Assembly: GCA_038087875.1 (NCBI GenBank)
Contig: CM075990.1
Span: 17,050,001-17,114,000, forward strand
Direction of reading: 5' to 3'
DNA from: Malacoraja senta
Taxonomy: Eukaryota
DNA length: 64,000 nucleotides
Under the pieces are notes generated by a model that worked only from the letters and a program-made list of their open reading frames with translations, was not told the origin of the DNA and ran no database searches. Positions within the stretch are counted from its first letter, which is position 1. The number at the start of each line of letters is the position of its first letter. Positions 1-13,522 of the stretch are shown piece by piece. The position numbers were made by a program, and so were the translations under genes.

Positions 1-1763
1 TGAGTTGTTTCACATTTTATGAAAGGTTCGCAGATAGAACTAAACTGTAAAGTTTGCAACGTTACCTCGGCTCCGGTTGGAGACGGAGTGAAATAAAACA
101 GTACCCAGACCAACAACATCCTAGTCCCGGGTACTGGATGCTGGAGAAACTCAGCGGGTGCAGCAGCATCTATGGAGCCAAGGAAATAGGCAACGTTTCG
201 GGCCGAAACATCCTAGTCTCGACTCAGCGCCGTGTGGACTGAAACTCGCCCCGACCTGAAGGCAGAGAGTTGGAGGGGAGAGAGTGTGTGTGTCCTTGCG
301 AGGCAGCGACTTGCAGGATGTGGGGTTGGACATGCAGGGTGTGTGTGTGTGTGTGTGGGGGGGGGGGGGGTGGGTTTGTGTGTCCCGCCCACAGCAATCT
401 CCGCACACCCACCACCACCACTTCTCACCCACACACACACCCACCACCACTCCACACCCACCCCCCCGGCGACACAGAGACACACTGACATTGCAGCAGC
501 AACTATGCCACAACACGTCCGCGGACTCCCAGCCAGCTCACCGAGTGACTCCTGCCCCTTGTACCCTCGTATCAAAATACAACTGCTGCCTCATGTGTAC
601 GAGGGAACTGCAGATGCAGGGTTACACCGATGATAGACACAAAAAGCTGGAGTAACTCAGCGGGACAGGCGGCATCTCTGGGGAGAAGGAACGGGTGACG
701 TTTCGCGTCTCTGAGAGTCAGGGGAAAGGGAAATTCTAGCAGTTGCGCCACGCCAGGATTTGCGTGGTTCATCATTACTCCTAACCTGATAATATATATG
801 TATCAGTGTTAACCATAATGACTCACAGAGCTGTACAGCACTGTAACAGGCCCTTCGGCCCCCTTTGTCAGTATTTATAAATTCACAAGTCATAGGGAGC
901 AGTCAGGGGACATGGGTTTAAGGTGAAGGGAAAAGATTTAATAGGAATTTGAGGGGTGACTTTTTCACACAAATGGTGATGGGTGCCCCAGGAGGTAGTT
1001 GAGGCTGGAACTATCCCATCGTTTAAGAAACAGTTAGACAGGTACATGGATAGGACAGGTTTGGAGGGATACGGGCCAAATGCGGGCAGGTGGGACTGGT
1101 GTAGCTGGGACATGTAGTCCGGTGGGCAAGTTGGGCTGAAGGGCCAACACTGTATCACTCTATGACTCTAGAAAGGCCATTCAGCCCATCGTGTCTACTC
1201 TGCTATTCAATCATGGCTGATCTATCTTTTCCCTCCGACATTAGCTTAGTTTAGAGTAGTAAATCTTCTTAAATTGTGCCCTGCAATCTCTCACTAGTTT
1301 TTTAAATATTTGCCTGCCAAAATGAACCACTTCACATTTTCCCACTTCATTCTCCATTTGCCAAATCTTTACCTATCGTTTAGCAGTCTTCTTCATGATT
1401 TACTTTCCCACCTTCCTTTGTGCTATCAGCAAGTTTGGCAACCAGGCAGTCTTTGCCCTCATACAAGTCATTTATATAAATTATAAACTGCAGAAGATCT
1501 AACTGGTATGCATGCCTGCAGTGAGTGCACCAGTTGTAACAACTTTCCAACCAGAAAATTAATTTTCAAATTCCTCTGTGGTTTCTTCTGTCCCCAACTC
1601 ATCTTTCACAATTCAACATCTCACCTCTGACTCTGCTCCACCATCTGATCTCTTGCTCATCTCTCTCCATCCTTGCAGCTCCTCACTTCAGTTCTGCAAT
1701 TCCTTCCACCTCGTTTCCCTTAAAACCTACCTCTTAGGTCAGCGTCAAGAAGGGTCTCAACCT

Positions 1764-2020
1764 GAAACGTCACCTATCCATGTTCTCCACAGATGCTGCC
1801 TGACCCGCTGAGTTACTCCAGCACTCTGTGAAACGTCACCTATCCATGTTCTCCACAGATGCTGCCTGACCCGCTGAGTTACTCCAGCACTTTGTGAAAC
1901 GTCACCTATCCATGTTCTCCACAGATGCTGCCTGACCCGCTGAGTTACTCCAGCACTTTGTGAAACGTCACCTATCCATGTTCTCCACAGATGCTGCCTG
2001 ACCCGCTGAGTTACTCCAGC
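1764..2020 (+). repeat. 66-bp tandem repeat (about 4 copies) derived from a Penelope-type terminal repeat
   Basis: Unit starts GAAACGTCACCTATCCATG at 1764, 1830, 1896 and 1962. Confidence 0.9.
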
Positions 2021-4059
2021 TTTTTGTTAATATCTTGTCAAGTTGTTGGTTTTGACTGTTTCTTCTAATGTGACTCATCAATTTGTATTTGTTTTGCTTG
2101 GTTAGAGGTGCTCTGTAAATGCAAGTTGCTGCTCATCCAGGTTCATCTTCAATGCATCTCCTCTTCCACTCCCTGTGGCAGAACTCCATGTTCTCACCTC
2201 AGTGTCCGGGTGACCACCTTCTCAATAGCTTTGACCTTCTGCTCTTTGCCATCACTCTGCTCACCCTATTACAATGTTATAATTTGAAACATTTCCTTGA
2301 GGTCAGCCTCAACCTCCTCTTTTCAATCATTGGTGAAGACAAGAGCACATGGGAGTGCCCACCTACAGGAGGTAGAGAGACCACATTTCAGTCCTTTGTT
2401 GCTTCAGGCTGTGTCAGTGCAGCAGCCACTACAACCTCTATTAAACACTACAACCTCAAAATAGGATCCAAACTATATAGACTTGGGGACATTATGTTTA
2501 ACTTTGCACTATTATTGTCTATTCATTTTTAAAATATATACTGAGCTTTTTCTGAACACCTTCGCTCTGTCCGCCTTAGCCTAAGCCATCTCCCAGCTGC
2601 TACACTTTAACTCCCCTTCTCAGTCCCACACTGACGTTTCTGTCCTGGGCCTGCTCCAGTGTCAGATGTATATCTCATTAATTCCTTCTATGTATCTTTT
2701 CATATCTCTCGGTTCCCTCTCCCCTGACTCTGTCTAAAGAAGCGTCTCAACCCGAAACGTCACCCATTCATTTTGTCCAGAGATGCTGCCTCATCCGCTG
2801 AGTTACTCCAGATATTTGTGTCTATCTTCGGTGTAAGCCAGCTTCTGCAGTTCCTTCCTGCACTGAACTTGCTTGTTGTCATGCGTTTTACATATCTGCA
2901 TTGTTCTGCTTCAAGTAAGAATTTCATTGTTCCGTTTCAGGACTTATGACAATAAAACACTCTTGACTCTTGGGGACCAGAATTAATGTTGGGGACAAAG
3001 ATAATAAAAACTGCAAAAGGGCTGAATATTTAATAAACTTCAGAACAATGTAGAAAACCCTACATGAAACTACCCCACGGGCTCAGATGGAGAGGAAATC
3101 TGTCCAGTCAAACACAAACAAGACTAAAGAGTGCATTTTCCCCACACCTATATATAGTATAGATTCTCATCAAACATCCTGATTTATTTCTGCAGTGGAC
3201 ACTTGCTAATTGCATCCTCTCATTTCAATGCTAAATTCATCCAACACAGGATGGGAGAAAGTCAAGTGCGTTTGAACAACATTTCCAACTTTATTTATGT
3301 ATTTTAATTAAAGTATTTCTACTTGTAGGAGGAGGTGGGTGACCGTGGTGGAGATGGTAGAGCTAGTGCCTGACAGCACCAGAGATCAGGGTCAATCCTG
3401 ACCTCGGGTACTGTCTGTGTGGAGTTTGCACATTGTCACAGTGTTAGAGCTGCCCGTGAATGTTATATACTTTTAAGGGGTCCTGTGGGACGACTGTCTT
3501 ACACAGAGGGTGGTGGGCATTTGGAAAGAGCTGCCAGAGAAAGTGGTAGAGGCAGGTACAATTATGTATAGAAGACATTTGGACTGGTACATGGATAGGA
3601 AAGGTTCAGAGAGAAATGGGTACAATGCAGGCAAATGGGACGTACTCAAGTGGGCATCTTTCTCAGCATGGGACGAGATGGACTGAAGGAACGTTTTCTG
3701 CCCTGAATATTCTGTGACACTATAGATTCGACTGGCTGTGCCCCCGACCAGTTAATGTTCAGTTACGAGCTTACAATTGGGATTATTTCACATGGGCAAT
3801 CAAGAGATTTGAACGCATGGTTCCAGGAACAAATCCTTCAGTTTGCAGGAGTCACAAAAAGTTCCTGTTAGTTCAGAATAATTTTTAAATAAATTAAATT
3901 TTTACATACAGCTGGACCAGGCAACCTGTCCACAGGCGTGAGTTCAAAATAAAATTATGATCCACAAGTTTATTGATAACCCTAAAATGAATGTAAGAGC
4001 AAGATCCTGAGGATGCTCAATGCAAGCTTTGCTTGATGAGCTGTTTAAAAAAAAATAGT

Positions 4060-4360
4060 TTAGTTTAAATACAGCGCAGAAACAGGCCCATCGAGTCCGC
4101 GCCGACCAGCAATCTCCGCACATTAACACCATCCTACACACACCAGGGACAATTTTACACATACACCAAGCCAATTAACCTATAAACCTGTACGTCTTTG
4201 AAGTGTGGGAGGAAACCGAAGATCTCGGAGAAAACCCACGCAGGTCACGGGGAGAACGTACAAACTCCGTATAGACAGCACCCGAAGTCGGGATCGAACC
4301 CGGGTCTCCGGCACTGCAAGCGCTGTAAGGCAGCAACTCTACCGCTGCGCCACCGTGCTG
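4060..4360 (-). mobile_element. tRNA-derived SINE (HE1/V-SINE-like), near full length
   Basis: Reverse complement shows A-box GGTGGCGCAGCGG, B-box GGTTCGATCC, central core and CTAAA-type tail; same family as 5860-6297. Confidence 0.8.
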
Positions 4361-5859
4361 CTGGACTGGTTCATGTTTAGAACTTCAGTTTAAGTTTGAA
4401 AAGTGCAGAGGACAGATCAAATAACAAATCTACACCCTCCAATCTTGATCAAAGTCCAATACATTGCATCTGGCCAACTTAATACTATTACTGCTTCTGC
4501 ATTGCACGATGCCCCTGTTGAAGTGTGCGTTGCCTGCTTGCAATCACCTTCTCTTTATCCAGATGTGTGGTACCCTCACACTTGATGGCCACCTTTTTTC
4601 CTAACATCAGGAAGCAAAGTTTTGATGGAAGACCCCGACATGCAACTGAGAAGTTGCCTCTCTTAGTGGCTCCACAGCTTCAGCTGCATTTTCTGTTCAT
4701 AACACTGATCATTGATTCTCTTTGTGGACGGCAATTTATGAGTGAATAAAACGTTTTTAAACAGCTTTTATGTATTTCTATGTGAAAGAATGTGCTTATG
4801 TGACGTGGTCCCGGATAGAAGGAAACCTCTTGTGTAGGAAAGACTGTAGATGCTGGTTAAAATCGAAGGTAGACACAAAACACTGGAGAGCCTGAAGAAG
4901 GGTCTCGACCCGAAACGTCACCCATTCCTTCTCTCCAGACATGCTGCCTGTCCCGCTGAGTTACTCCAGCATTTTGTGTCTATCTTCGGAGGAAACATCT
5001 TGACCTTTTTACGTGACTTCAATAGCTGAAGATCAGAGCATTTGTCCCTCTTGTGGAGTGGGCTAAAGCGACACCTTCCATTATTATTTAAAGATACAGC
5101 TAGTGGCGTAATCTACTAAACCCATTGTTCATGAAAGAGGAAAGGGAAACTTGGTTGCCCAACATTCATGGCTTACAGTTAATGCATTGAGGAGATAGAT
5201 ATTATGAATCTTCTGCATTAACCTGTAGCAACACATAACAATATTATTGCAATGAACATGGACAAAATGTTCCCCCATTTAGAACCAAATCAAGACTTCT
5301 ACTAATTGATTAGGAAAGACCAAGTGCTAGTATCAGAATTAAATATCAGAATTTATTTAATGGGCTGAGTGCTCTGAGGCAATAAAACACAGGTTCCAAT
5401 GATTTGTCCAACACTATTTATAAAAAGAGTGTAGGAAGGAACTGCAGATGCTGGTTTAAACCATTAAGAATACTGAAAACTAACCTAACGGGGAATTATT
5501 TCCATAACTACTCCACTGCCCTCAGTCTTAATAGTTAATGGTCCATCCTGATAACCATGGAAAACATAACTTGCAAAACAGTTTCTTTCACAATTACAGA
5601 ACACTTTACTCAACATGTGGAATATTTATCTTTGATGAATATAAATTATTTAGAAGCATATATATTTTTTCTAAATTTGCTGCCAAGAGGAAATGTTGGC
5701 AGAAAGACTAACAATGACTGTCTGTCCCCTGAGCTGAATCCCTTGACAGGCATTTTACAAAGCAGACAAATATATTCTGTAGGGTTGAAGCACAAGCAGA
5801 CTGGACTAATTGAATATCAGTGAACCAATAAAACTGGCATCTGATCGACACAAAGGGGT

Positions 5860-6297
5860 GGTCACGGTGGCGCAGCGGTAGAGTTGCTGCCTTACAGCGA
5901 ATGCAGCGCTGGAGACCCGGGTTCGATCCCGACTTCAGGTGCTGTCTGTACGGAGTTTGTATGTTCTCCCCGTGACCGCGTGAGTATTCTCAGAGATCTC
6001 CAGTTTCCTCCCACACTCCAAAGACGTACAGGTGAATTGGCTTGGTGTATGTGTAAATTATCCCTAGTGTGTGTATGGTAGTGTTAATAGAAACATAGAA
6101 AATAGGTACAGGAGTAGGCCATTCGGCCCTTCGAGCCTGCACCACCATTCAATATGATCATGGCTGATCATCCAACTCAGTATCCTGTACCTGCCTTCTC
6201 TCCATACCTCCACATCTCCACATTAATGTGCGGGGGTTGCTGGTCAGTGCGAACTCGGTGGGCCGAAGGGCCTGTTTCCGTGCTGTATCTCTAAACT
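5860..6297 (+). mobile_element. tRNA-derived SINE (HE1/V-SINE-like) interrupted by a CR1 3' fragment
   Basis: GGTGGCGCAGCGGTAGAG...GGGTTCGATCCC head; tail GGGCCGAAGGGCCTGTTTCC...CTAAAC; antisense CR1 tail at about 6088-6210. Confidence 0.8.
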
Positions 6298-6908
6298 AAG
6301 TGCTGGAGTAACTCAGCGGCTAAGGCAGCGTCTCTGGCAAACATGGAAAGGTGACCTTTCAGGTTGGGATCCATCAGCATCTGTCTGACGAAGGGTGCCG
6401 ACCCGAAACGTCTCCTATCCATATTCTCCAGAGAAGCTGCCTGTCCCGCCGAGTTAATCCAGCACTTTGTGCCCTTCTTTGTAAACCAGCATCTGCAGTT
6501 CCTTGTGTCTACAGAGCATTGTTATTTATCTTTACGCACAAACACAAAGAGAGAGGCAAGGGAGAAAAGTTATCTTCATAGATAGAAATTATTCTTGAAG
6601 TCTGATAAAAAATGTAATCCAATTCTCACAATAAACTGTGAAGATAATTATAAATAATCTTCTTATGCAATAAACAGAGTAAATAGATTTGAGATAGTTT
6701 AAATTGTTCACAAAACGCAATACATTCATCTTCCATCCAACCAGTGCCAATCATTGAATGATTGTACATTAGACAGTGAGGAGATCCAGCTGGGGACATC
6801 CCCAGACCTCGTTCGGCACGCGCGGCATGAAGACATAGTCGGGGTGTTGGTGTCATTCCCAAATGTCAAAGACAAGAGTGCAGCAGCCTTTCAAATCCCC
6901 GCAGAATA

Positions 6909-7022
6909 CTAGGTGACATGTGTTTTGTTTGGATATCTCTGCAGCAACTTTGTGGCTTGTTTAGGCGTCAAAAACCCAGTCTGTGTCACACCGTCCGCAC
7001 TTGCTTTTGCTTTCCGTTCAAC
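6909..7022 (-). CDS. CHCHD1: CHCHD1 coding exon 3 (terminal)
   Basis: tcttgcag| acceptor; VERKAKASADGVTQTGFLTPKQATKLLQRYPNKTHVT* contains the KLLQR(F/Y)PNK C-terminal motif; TAG at 6911-6909. Confidence 0.93.
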   Translation of the reverse strand, partial: VERKAKASADGVTQTGFLTPKQATKLLQRYPNKTHVT

Positions 7023-7839
7023 CTGCAAGACAGATATTACCATTAGGCACTGAGATGATCACATTGAGAGCTTTATCCCGTATAGCAAACTGCCAGGGAT
7101 AACATCTCAACCACTGCTGATTGCTGGAATGCTAAACAAAGTGCTGGACATGTAAGTGGGCATCACATGGTAGAGCGGTCGAGCTGCTGCCTTACAGCAC
7201 CAGAGATATACAGTGCAGGTTTGTAGGTTAGTTGGCTTCTGTAAATTATACCTCGTGTGTAGGACCCAAAAGTGTTTGTTGATCGATGGTCAGTTTTGAC
7301 CCAGAGGGCTGAAGAGCTTTTCACTCTGTGTAACTAAATTGTGCCAATATGTCCAACATTGGAACCATCAACTGGTACAAGGCACATTGTGAAAGTTAAA
7401 AGACACAAACTGCTGGAGTGACTCAACGGGTCAGGCAGTATCTACGGAAGACACAAATAGGCAATGTTTTTAGTCGGGACCCTTCTTCATTATCTGAAGT
7501 AGGCAGTTTTAAAGAAGGGTTCCGACCCAAAATGTCACCTATCCACACTCTATAAAGATGCTGCCTAATCCGCTGACTTACTCCAGCGCTTTTTTTGGTA
7601 AACCAACATCTGCATTAAGTAAACCAACATCTGCAGTTCCTTGCATCTACATTGTGAAAACCAGTATCATATCACTCTTTAAAATCTAAAACCTCAGTAA
7701 AAGCTAGCCATCTAGAAATGAACATCTGAAGCATTCATATTCCCTGCACACTCCACCTAGCCCTGAAACACACTCATTACCATCAATGGAATAAAGTTCA
7801 ATGGGTGAGGAAAGTGCGCTGAAATTGCCTATGTTAGAA

Positions 7840-8480
7840 ACCTACGCAATGCTACCATTTCTTTCAAGAGGGCTAGAATACAAAAACAGGGATATAATGC
7901 TGAGGCTCGATAAGGAGTGGGTCAGGCCTCATTTGGAGTATTGTGAGCAATTCTGGGCACCATTTCCGAGGATGGATATGCTGGCTCTGGAGAGGGTCCA
8001 GAGGAGGTTTACAAGAATAATCTCAGGAATGGGTGGGTTAACATATGATGAGCATTTGACGGCACTGGGCCTGTACTCACTGGAGTTTAGAAGAATGAGG
8101 GGGGACCTCATTGAGATGTACCGAATAGTGAAAGGCTTGGATAGAGTGGATGTGGAGAGGATGTTTCCACTAGTGGGAGAGTCTAGGACTAGAGGTCACA
8201 GCCTCAGAATTAAAGGACGTTCCATTAGCAAGGAGATGAAGAGGGATTTCTTTAGTCAGAGGGTGGTGAATCGGTGGAATTCTTTGCCACAGAAGGCTGT
8301 GGAGGCCAAGTCAATGGATATTTTTAAGGCAGAGATAGAGATTCTTGATTAGTACGGGTGTCAGGGGTTACGGGAAGAAGGCAGGAGAATGGGGTTGGGA
8401 GAGATAGATCAGCCATGATTATATGGCGGAGTAGACTTGATTGGCCGAATGGTCTAATTCTGCTCCTATCACATATGACC
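7840..8480 (+). mobile_element. CR1-clade LINE 3' fragment (end of ORF2 + 3' UTR), in CHCHD1 intron 2
   Basis: ORF 7801-8352: [47 protein letters not shown]. Confidence 0.9.
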
Positions 8481-9589
8481 TTATATTGCTTATTATACGC
8501 ATACTTTTTATTATTGGAAATCTTCTCAACGGTTTCCACCCAAATCCCCGTGAAATAAATCAACGGACTTTTATAAATTGCTTTCATAGTTATTACACAA
8601 CTAATATTACAAGGCTGCACATAAAGGATCAATTCCTTTCATCAGTCTATTGTAAATGGAGTTACCGTGATATATACAAATGACTTGCAGGTTTCAATCA
8701 ATCAATGGATCTGGCTGCATAGAATACACATTAGTTCCATTGGTGTAAGGTACAGGCTTTTGTGTATTTATATCACATTGGACTCTGCATGCTACTTAAA
8801 GACAATAGAAAAGACAACATGCACTCCTACAAATAGAAAGGGAATAACATCAAACACTCCGCAGTAAATGTCAGCTTTTCACACACGAGTTGCATTTAAT
8901 TCCCACCAAAGCTGAAGTCTGCAGCTGGTGCGGTGTCACGCTACAAGTTGTCAATATCTCTGTTGCTTAGAGCAGTTTCCTTAAGAATGAATTGTAGCAA
9001 ATCTGAATCTAACGCACTTCTCCTACCGCCCTTATCCTGGATATTCCAGTCAAGTCAGAATAATGCACACCTTTATCCGCAGCACAAAAAAGAGAAACAA
9101 AGTGCTGGAGTAACTCAACGGGCCGGGCTGCATCTCTGGAGGACACGGATAGGTGACATTTTGGGAACTTCATCAGACTGATTGTGGTATGGGGGAGAAA
9201 GCTGGCTGGGGGGAGGTTGGGGGCAGAACAGAATTGGCAAGTAATACAGGTGATGGGGGGGCTTTAGATTGGCAGATGGGTGGACAAAGACCAGAGCTGA
9301 AAAGACCAAAAGAGTGAGTGATGCATGAAATATGAAGCCGGGGAAGGAATATAAGTGTAGGGGATGAGGGTGTAAGGGGAGGAAGGAATGTTTGTATTTC
9401 TGGGAGGGGCACAGGGAAGAGAGGAGGAAAAAGGTGGGGGGTTGTTTGTAGGTTAGTTAGCTGGAAGTGGAGGATTCAATGTTCACCATTGGGTTGCAAG
9501 CTACCCAAGCTTATCCTCGGCTTAATTACCTTTCACTACACAGAGCATCCTTTTCTCTGTCCCCAGCTTAATGTTTAAATGAACATTAC

Positions 9590-9708
9590 CTCTGCTTTGT
9601 CTGCGCAGTTATAGAAAGCCTGGATCTCTTCACTACAAGCTGCCTCATTGAAATTGTTCTGTTTCCAGCAGGACATCATCACCGTCATCTCTGTTATGCA
9701 TGTTGCCT
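9590..9708 (-). CDS. CHCHD1: CHCHD1 coding exon 2 (twin CX9C CHCH domain)
   Basis: cacag| acceptor; [40 protein letters not shown] with two CX9C motifs; donor GAG|GTAATG; phases fit exons 1 and 3. Confidence 0.96.
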
Positions 9709-9899
9709 CTGTGGATTATTAACACATACTGTTACTGAAAATTAATATTCAGGAAAATGCAAAACTGTAGAGGAATCATTATTTTTAATCGATGGTCATT
9801 TAAGCGTTGAAGGCGATCATCAAATGGTGCCTTCTGGTGAACGTTGGAAGGTTAATTAGACAGACAATGAACAAGCAATCTTGTATTTATACAGAAAAT

Positions 9900-10300
9900 A
9901 AAACACAAAATGCTGGAGTAACTCAGCAGGTCAAGGCAGCATATCTGGAGAGAAGGAATGGGTGACGTTTCGGGTCGAGACCCATCTTCAGATTGAGTCA
10001 AGGACAGAGATATGGGAGAGCAAGGTGTGAAAACAAGATAACAAATGATCAATGAAAATGTGGAATAGAACATTGTTAGCTGGGGGAAGGTGACAACAAA
10101 GCAAACGGAGATAAAATGTAATGAGGGGGTGAGGGGGGGGGGGGCAGTCAGACTGGTGGGAGAACTAGGATGGGGGAGGGATGGAGAGATGGAAAGCAAT
10201 GGTTACTTGAAGTTAGAGACGTCAATGTTCATACCGCTGGGGTGTAAGCTGCCCAAGCGAAATATGAGGTGCTGTTCCTCCAATTTGCGGTGGGCCTACT
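9900..10300 (-). mobile_element. Penelope-like element 3' fragment (GIY-YIG tail + terminal repeat)
   Basis: Reverse complement encodes RKLEEQHLIFRLGSLHPSGMNIDVSNFK; followed by the CTGAAGA..GAAACGTC motif. Confidence 0.8.
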
Positions 10301-10369
10301 CACTTATTCACGTAGGGTGTAACGTGTTTACAGGTGGGTTGTTTCATGGGTCACATCCCCCCCCCCCCC

Positions 10370-10885
10370 CAACACATGTATACCCCGGGCCCTCACCCCC
10401 CTGCCCCCAACATGAGTACCCCACCCCCCACACACATGTATACCCCACCCCCCCATGTATACCCCCCCACACATGTATACCCGGGCCCTCACCCCCCTGC
10501 CCCCAACATGAGTACCCCACCCACACATGTATACCCCACCCCCCACATGTATACCCCCCCACGTGTATACCCCCCCGCATGTATACCCCGGGCCCTCACC
10601 CCCCCCACACATGTATACCCCACCCCCCACATGTATACCCCCCCACACACATGTATACCCCCCCCACACACATGTATACCCCCCCACACACATGTATACC
10701 CCCCCCACACACATGTATACCCGGGCCCTCACCCCCCTGCCCCCAACATGAGTACCCCCCCCCCCACACACATGTATACCCCGGGCCCTCACCCCCCCCC
10801 CCCCACACACATGTATACCCTCCCCACACACATGTATACCCAGGGCCCTCACCCCCCTGCCCCCAACATGAGTACCCCACCCCAG
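10370..10885. repeat. C-rich compound minisatellite in CHCHD1 intron 1
   Basis: Repeated CACACATGTATACCCC and CCGGGCCCTCACCCCCCTGCCCCCAACATGAGTACCCC units. Confidence 0.92.
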
Positions 10886-10906
10886 ACCCTCCACCTGCCC
10901 ACTCAC

Positions 10907-11042
10907 CGCCCAGCCTCCTCCTGCGGTTCGCCACCCTGTCGGCCAGCACCAGGGGCCGGCTGGGCCTCAGCACCGGCCTCCCGCTCGCCAGCCCCAGCCC
11001 CAGCCCCAGCCGCGACCGCAGCGCGCTCCCGCCGCCCGCCAT
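10907..11042 (-). CDS. CHCHD1: CHCHD1 (mitoribosomal mS37) coding exon 1
   Basis: ATG at 11042; MAGGGSALRSRLGLGLGLASGRPVLRPSRPLVLADRVANRRRRLG matches the CHCHD1 N-terminal pattern PVLxPxxPLxLAxRV; donor G|GTGAGT, phase 1; lies in a CpG-rich segment. Confidence 0.93.
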
Positions 11043-11119
11043 CGGCCCGCCCGCCCGCCGCCACACTGCCGTAACGCAGCGCGTTCGCCACACTGCCGTA
11101 ACGCAGAGCCGCCCGCCCC

Positions 11120-11628
11120 GCCACCACACCGCCGCAAAGCTCAGCGCACTGACTCACCACACCACCGCAGAGCGGGGCTTGCCACACTGCCGTAAAGTAG
11201 ACCAGCCGGCCCCGTCTGCCACACTGCCGTAAGGCAGGGCGTTCACCACACCGCCGCAAAGCTCAGCGCACTGACTCACCACACCACCGCAGAGCGGGGC
11301 TTGCCACACTGCCGTAAAGTAGACCAGCCGGCCCCGTCTGCCACACTGCCGTAAGGCAGGGCGTTCACCACACCGCCGCAAAGCTCAGCGCACTGACTCA
11401 CCACACCACCGCAGAGCGGGGCTTGCCACACTGCCGTAAAGCAGACCCGCCGGCCCCGTCTGCCACACTGCCGTAACGCAGCGCGTTCACCACACCGCCG
11501 CAAAGCTCAGCGCACTGACTCACCACACCACCGCAGAGCGGGGCTTGCCACACTGCCGTAAAGCAGACCCGCCGGCCCCGTCTGCCACACTGCCGTAAGG
11601 CAGGGCGTTCACCACACCGCCGCAAAGC
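11120..11628. repeat. 122-bp GC-rich tandem repeat (about 4 copies) directly upstream of the CHCHD1 start codon
   Basis: Near-identical ORFs at 11154, 11276 and 11398 give a period of 122; internal CCACACTGCCGTAA sub-repeats. Confidence 0.92.
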
Positions 11629-12826
11629 ACAGTTGCCAAGGTCATAGGGGTTAGGAGCAGAATGAGGCCATTCAGCCCATCAAGTCTACTCTACTACACT
11701 CCGCCATTCCATCACGGCTGATCTACCTCTCCCTCCTAACCCCATTCTCCTGCTTTCTCCCCATAACATCAAGAGTGATTTATTGCCACATGTATTATAA
11801 CTCTTTGGATTATAATTCTCGTCAAGTTTTATTCGTCACTTGCACATCAAGTGTAGTGAAATGAATTTGCCAGCAGCGGTACTTCTGAATGTCAAAGCAG
11901 GATGAAGGGAAGAGAAGGGTCTTTATGGGCAGCTCAGAACACAGAGTGTGAAGTTACCTTCTCAGAAGGTAAGGCAGCATCTGTGGAGGTAATGGCCAGA
12001 TGAGGCTTCAGGTTGGGACCCTTCTACTGATGATCAGTTTGAAGGGTCCCAACCCAAAACATCACCTGCCCATTCCCTCCACAGATGCCGCCTGACCTGC
12101 TGAGTTCCTCCAGCACTTTGTGTTTTTTCCAGATTCCAGCATCTTGTCGTCAGGCCAAAACTACAACACATGGAGAGACCAGCTCTGGTGGGTATAAGTG
12201 GGGTGGCACAGTGGTAGAGTCGCTGTCTCACTGAACTCGGATGCTGTGTGTGTGGAGTTCGCCCTGTGACTGCGTGGGTTTCCTCCTGCACTCCAAAGAC
12301 GTCCAGGATTGTTGGTTTCTGTAAAATTGTCCCTATGGTGTAGGATTGTACTAGTGTATGGGGTAATCTCTGGTCGGCATGGATTCGGTGGGCCGAAGGG
12401 CCTGTTTCCACGCTGCATCTCTAATGTCGAAAGTAAAGTCTGAAGTTATTTAGTTTATTAGTCATTTAATGTCTAAAAATGTTGTTGAATCTGTGACATT
12501 GCATGTTTCTCATAAGCCTTTAAGGCTGAGAATTGTAAATAAGGCAGTAGTGGACTTTGTATTTGTCAATGCTGGACTTTTACCAAGATAGTTACTGCCA
12601 AATATTACAATTAATAATGCTGATGAATGCACAGCATTGAACAGCTTAATTTAGAAGTATTCTAACATTTAACAGATGCCAACACTCATGAGATCTAATC
12701 TGATCTCATCATCAGACATTCCCTATTCCAATTTTACCGTCAAAATGGAAAGAATGTCAAACAGCTGCCTGACAGCCTCTCTGGTTTGGGGATACCATCG
12801 TTTCCTATCAGAAGAGACCTCAGGCG

Positions 12827-13522
12827 ATGTCCCATTTCTTCCAAGGCATAGCTATGGGCACGCGCATGGGCCCCAGCTATGCCTGCCTCTTTGTAGGGTA
12901 CGTCGAACAATCCCTGTTCCAGGCGTACACTGGCCCTATCCTGAACTCTACCTCCGCTACATTGACGACTGCATTGGTGCTACCTCCTGCACCCATGCGG
13001 AACTCACTGACTTCAACTTCACGACTAATTTCCATCCTGCACTCAAATTCATTTGGACCATCTCCAACATCTCCCTACCATTTCTGGATCTCACCGTCTC
13101 CATCACAGGAGACAGATTATTGACCAACATCTACTACAAACCTACTGACTCCCATAGCTATCTAGACTACATTTCTTCCTACCCTGCCCCCTACTCCCAA
13201 TTCCTCCGTCAACACCGCATCTGCGCCCAGGTTGAGGTGTTCCATACCAGGTCATCGGAGATGTCCTCCTTCTTTAGGGAACCCCAGCGGTATAAACATT
13301 GACTTTCCCAACTTCAAGTAACCTTTGCTTTCTCTCCATCCCCTCCCCCTTCCCAGTTCTCCCATTAGTCTTAATGTCTCCGACTACATTCTATCTTTGT
13401 TCCCACCCCACCCTCCCCTGACATCAGTCTGAAGAAGGGTATCGACCCGAAACGTCGCCCATTCCTTCTCTCCAGAGATGCTGCCTGTCCCGCTGAGTTA
13501 CTCCAGCATTTTGCGATCTACC
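12827..13522 (+). mobile_element. Penelope-like retroelement, internally deleted (RT fragment + endonuclease tail + terminal repeat)
   Basis: GIAMGTRMGPSYACLFVGYVE, YLRYIDDCIG, LPFLDL and YYKPTDSHSYLDY are PLE RT motifs; hammerhead-like motif at 13429-13456. Confidence 0.88.

Noticed and set aside
151-655. Several overlapping ORFs of about 120 aa
   Set aside because: Driven by (GT)n, poly-G and (CA)n low-complexity sequence; no recognisable domain
1764-2020. Retrozyme-like self-cleaving multimer
   Set aside because: Individual units lack the CTGANGA core and stem II, so they cannot each form a hammerhead
5865-5935. tRNA-like A/B boxes
   Set aside because: Head of a dispersed SINE; continues into the SINE core and does not form a full cloverleaf
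10090-11625. Long Pro/His/Gly-rich ORFs on both strands
   Set aside because: Products of C-rich minisatellites and the 122-bp repeat; only 10907-11042 has homology and splice support
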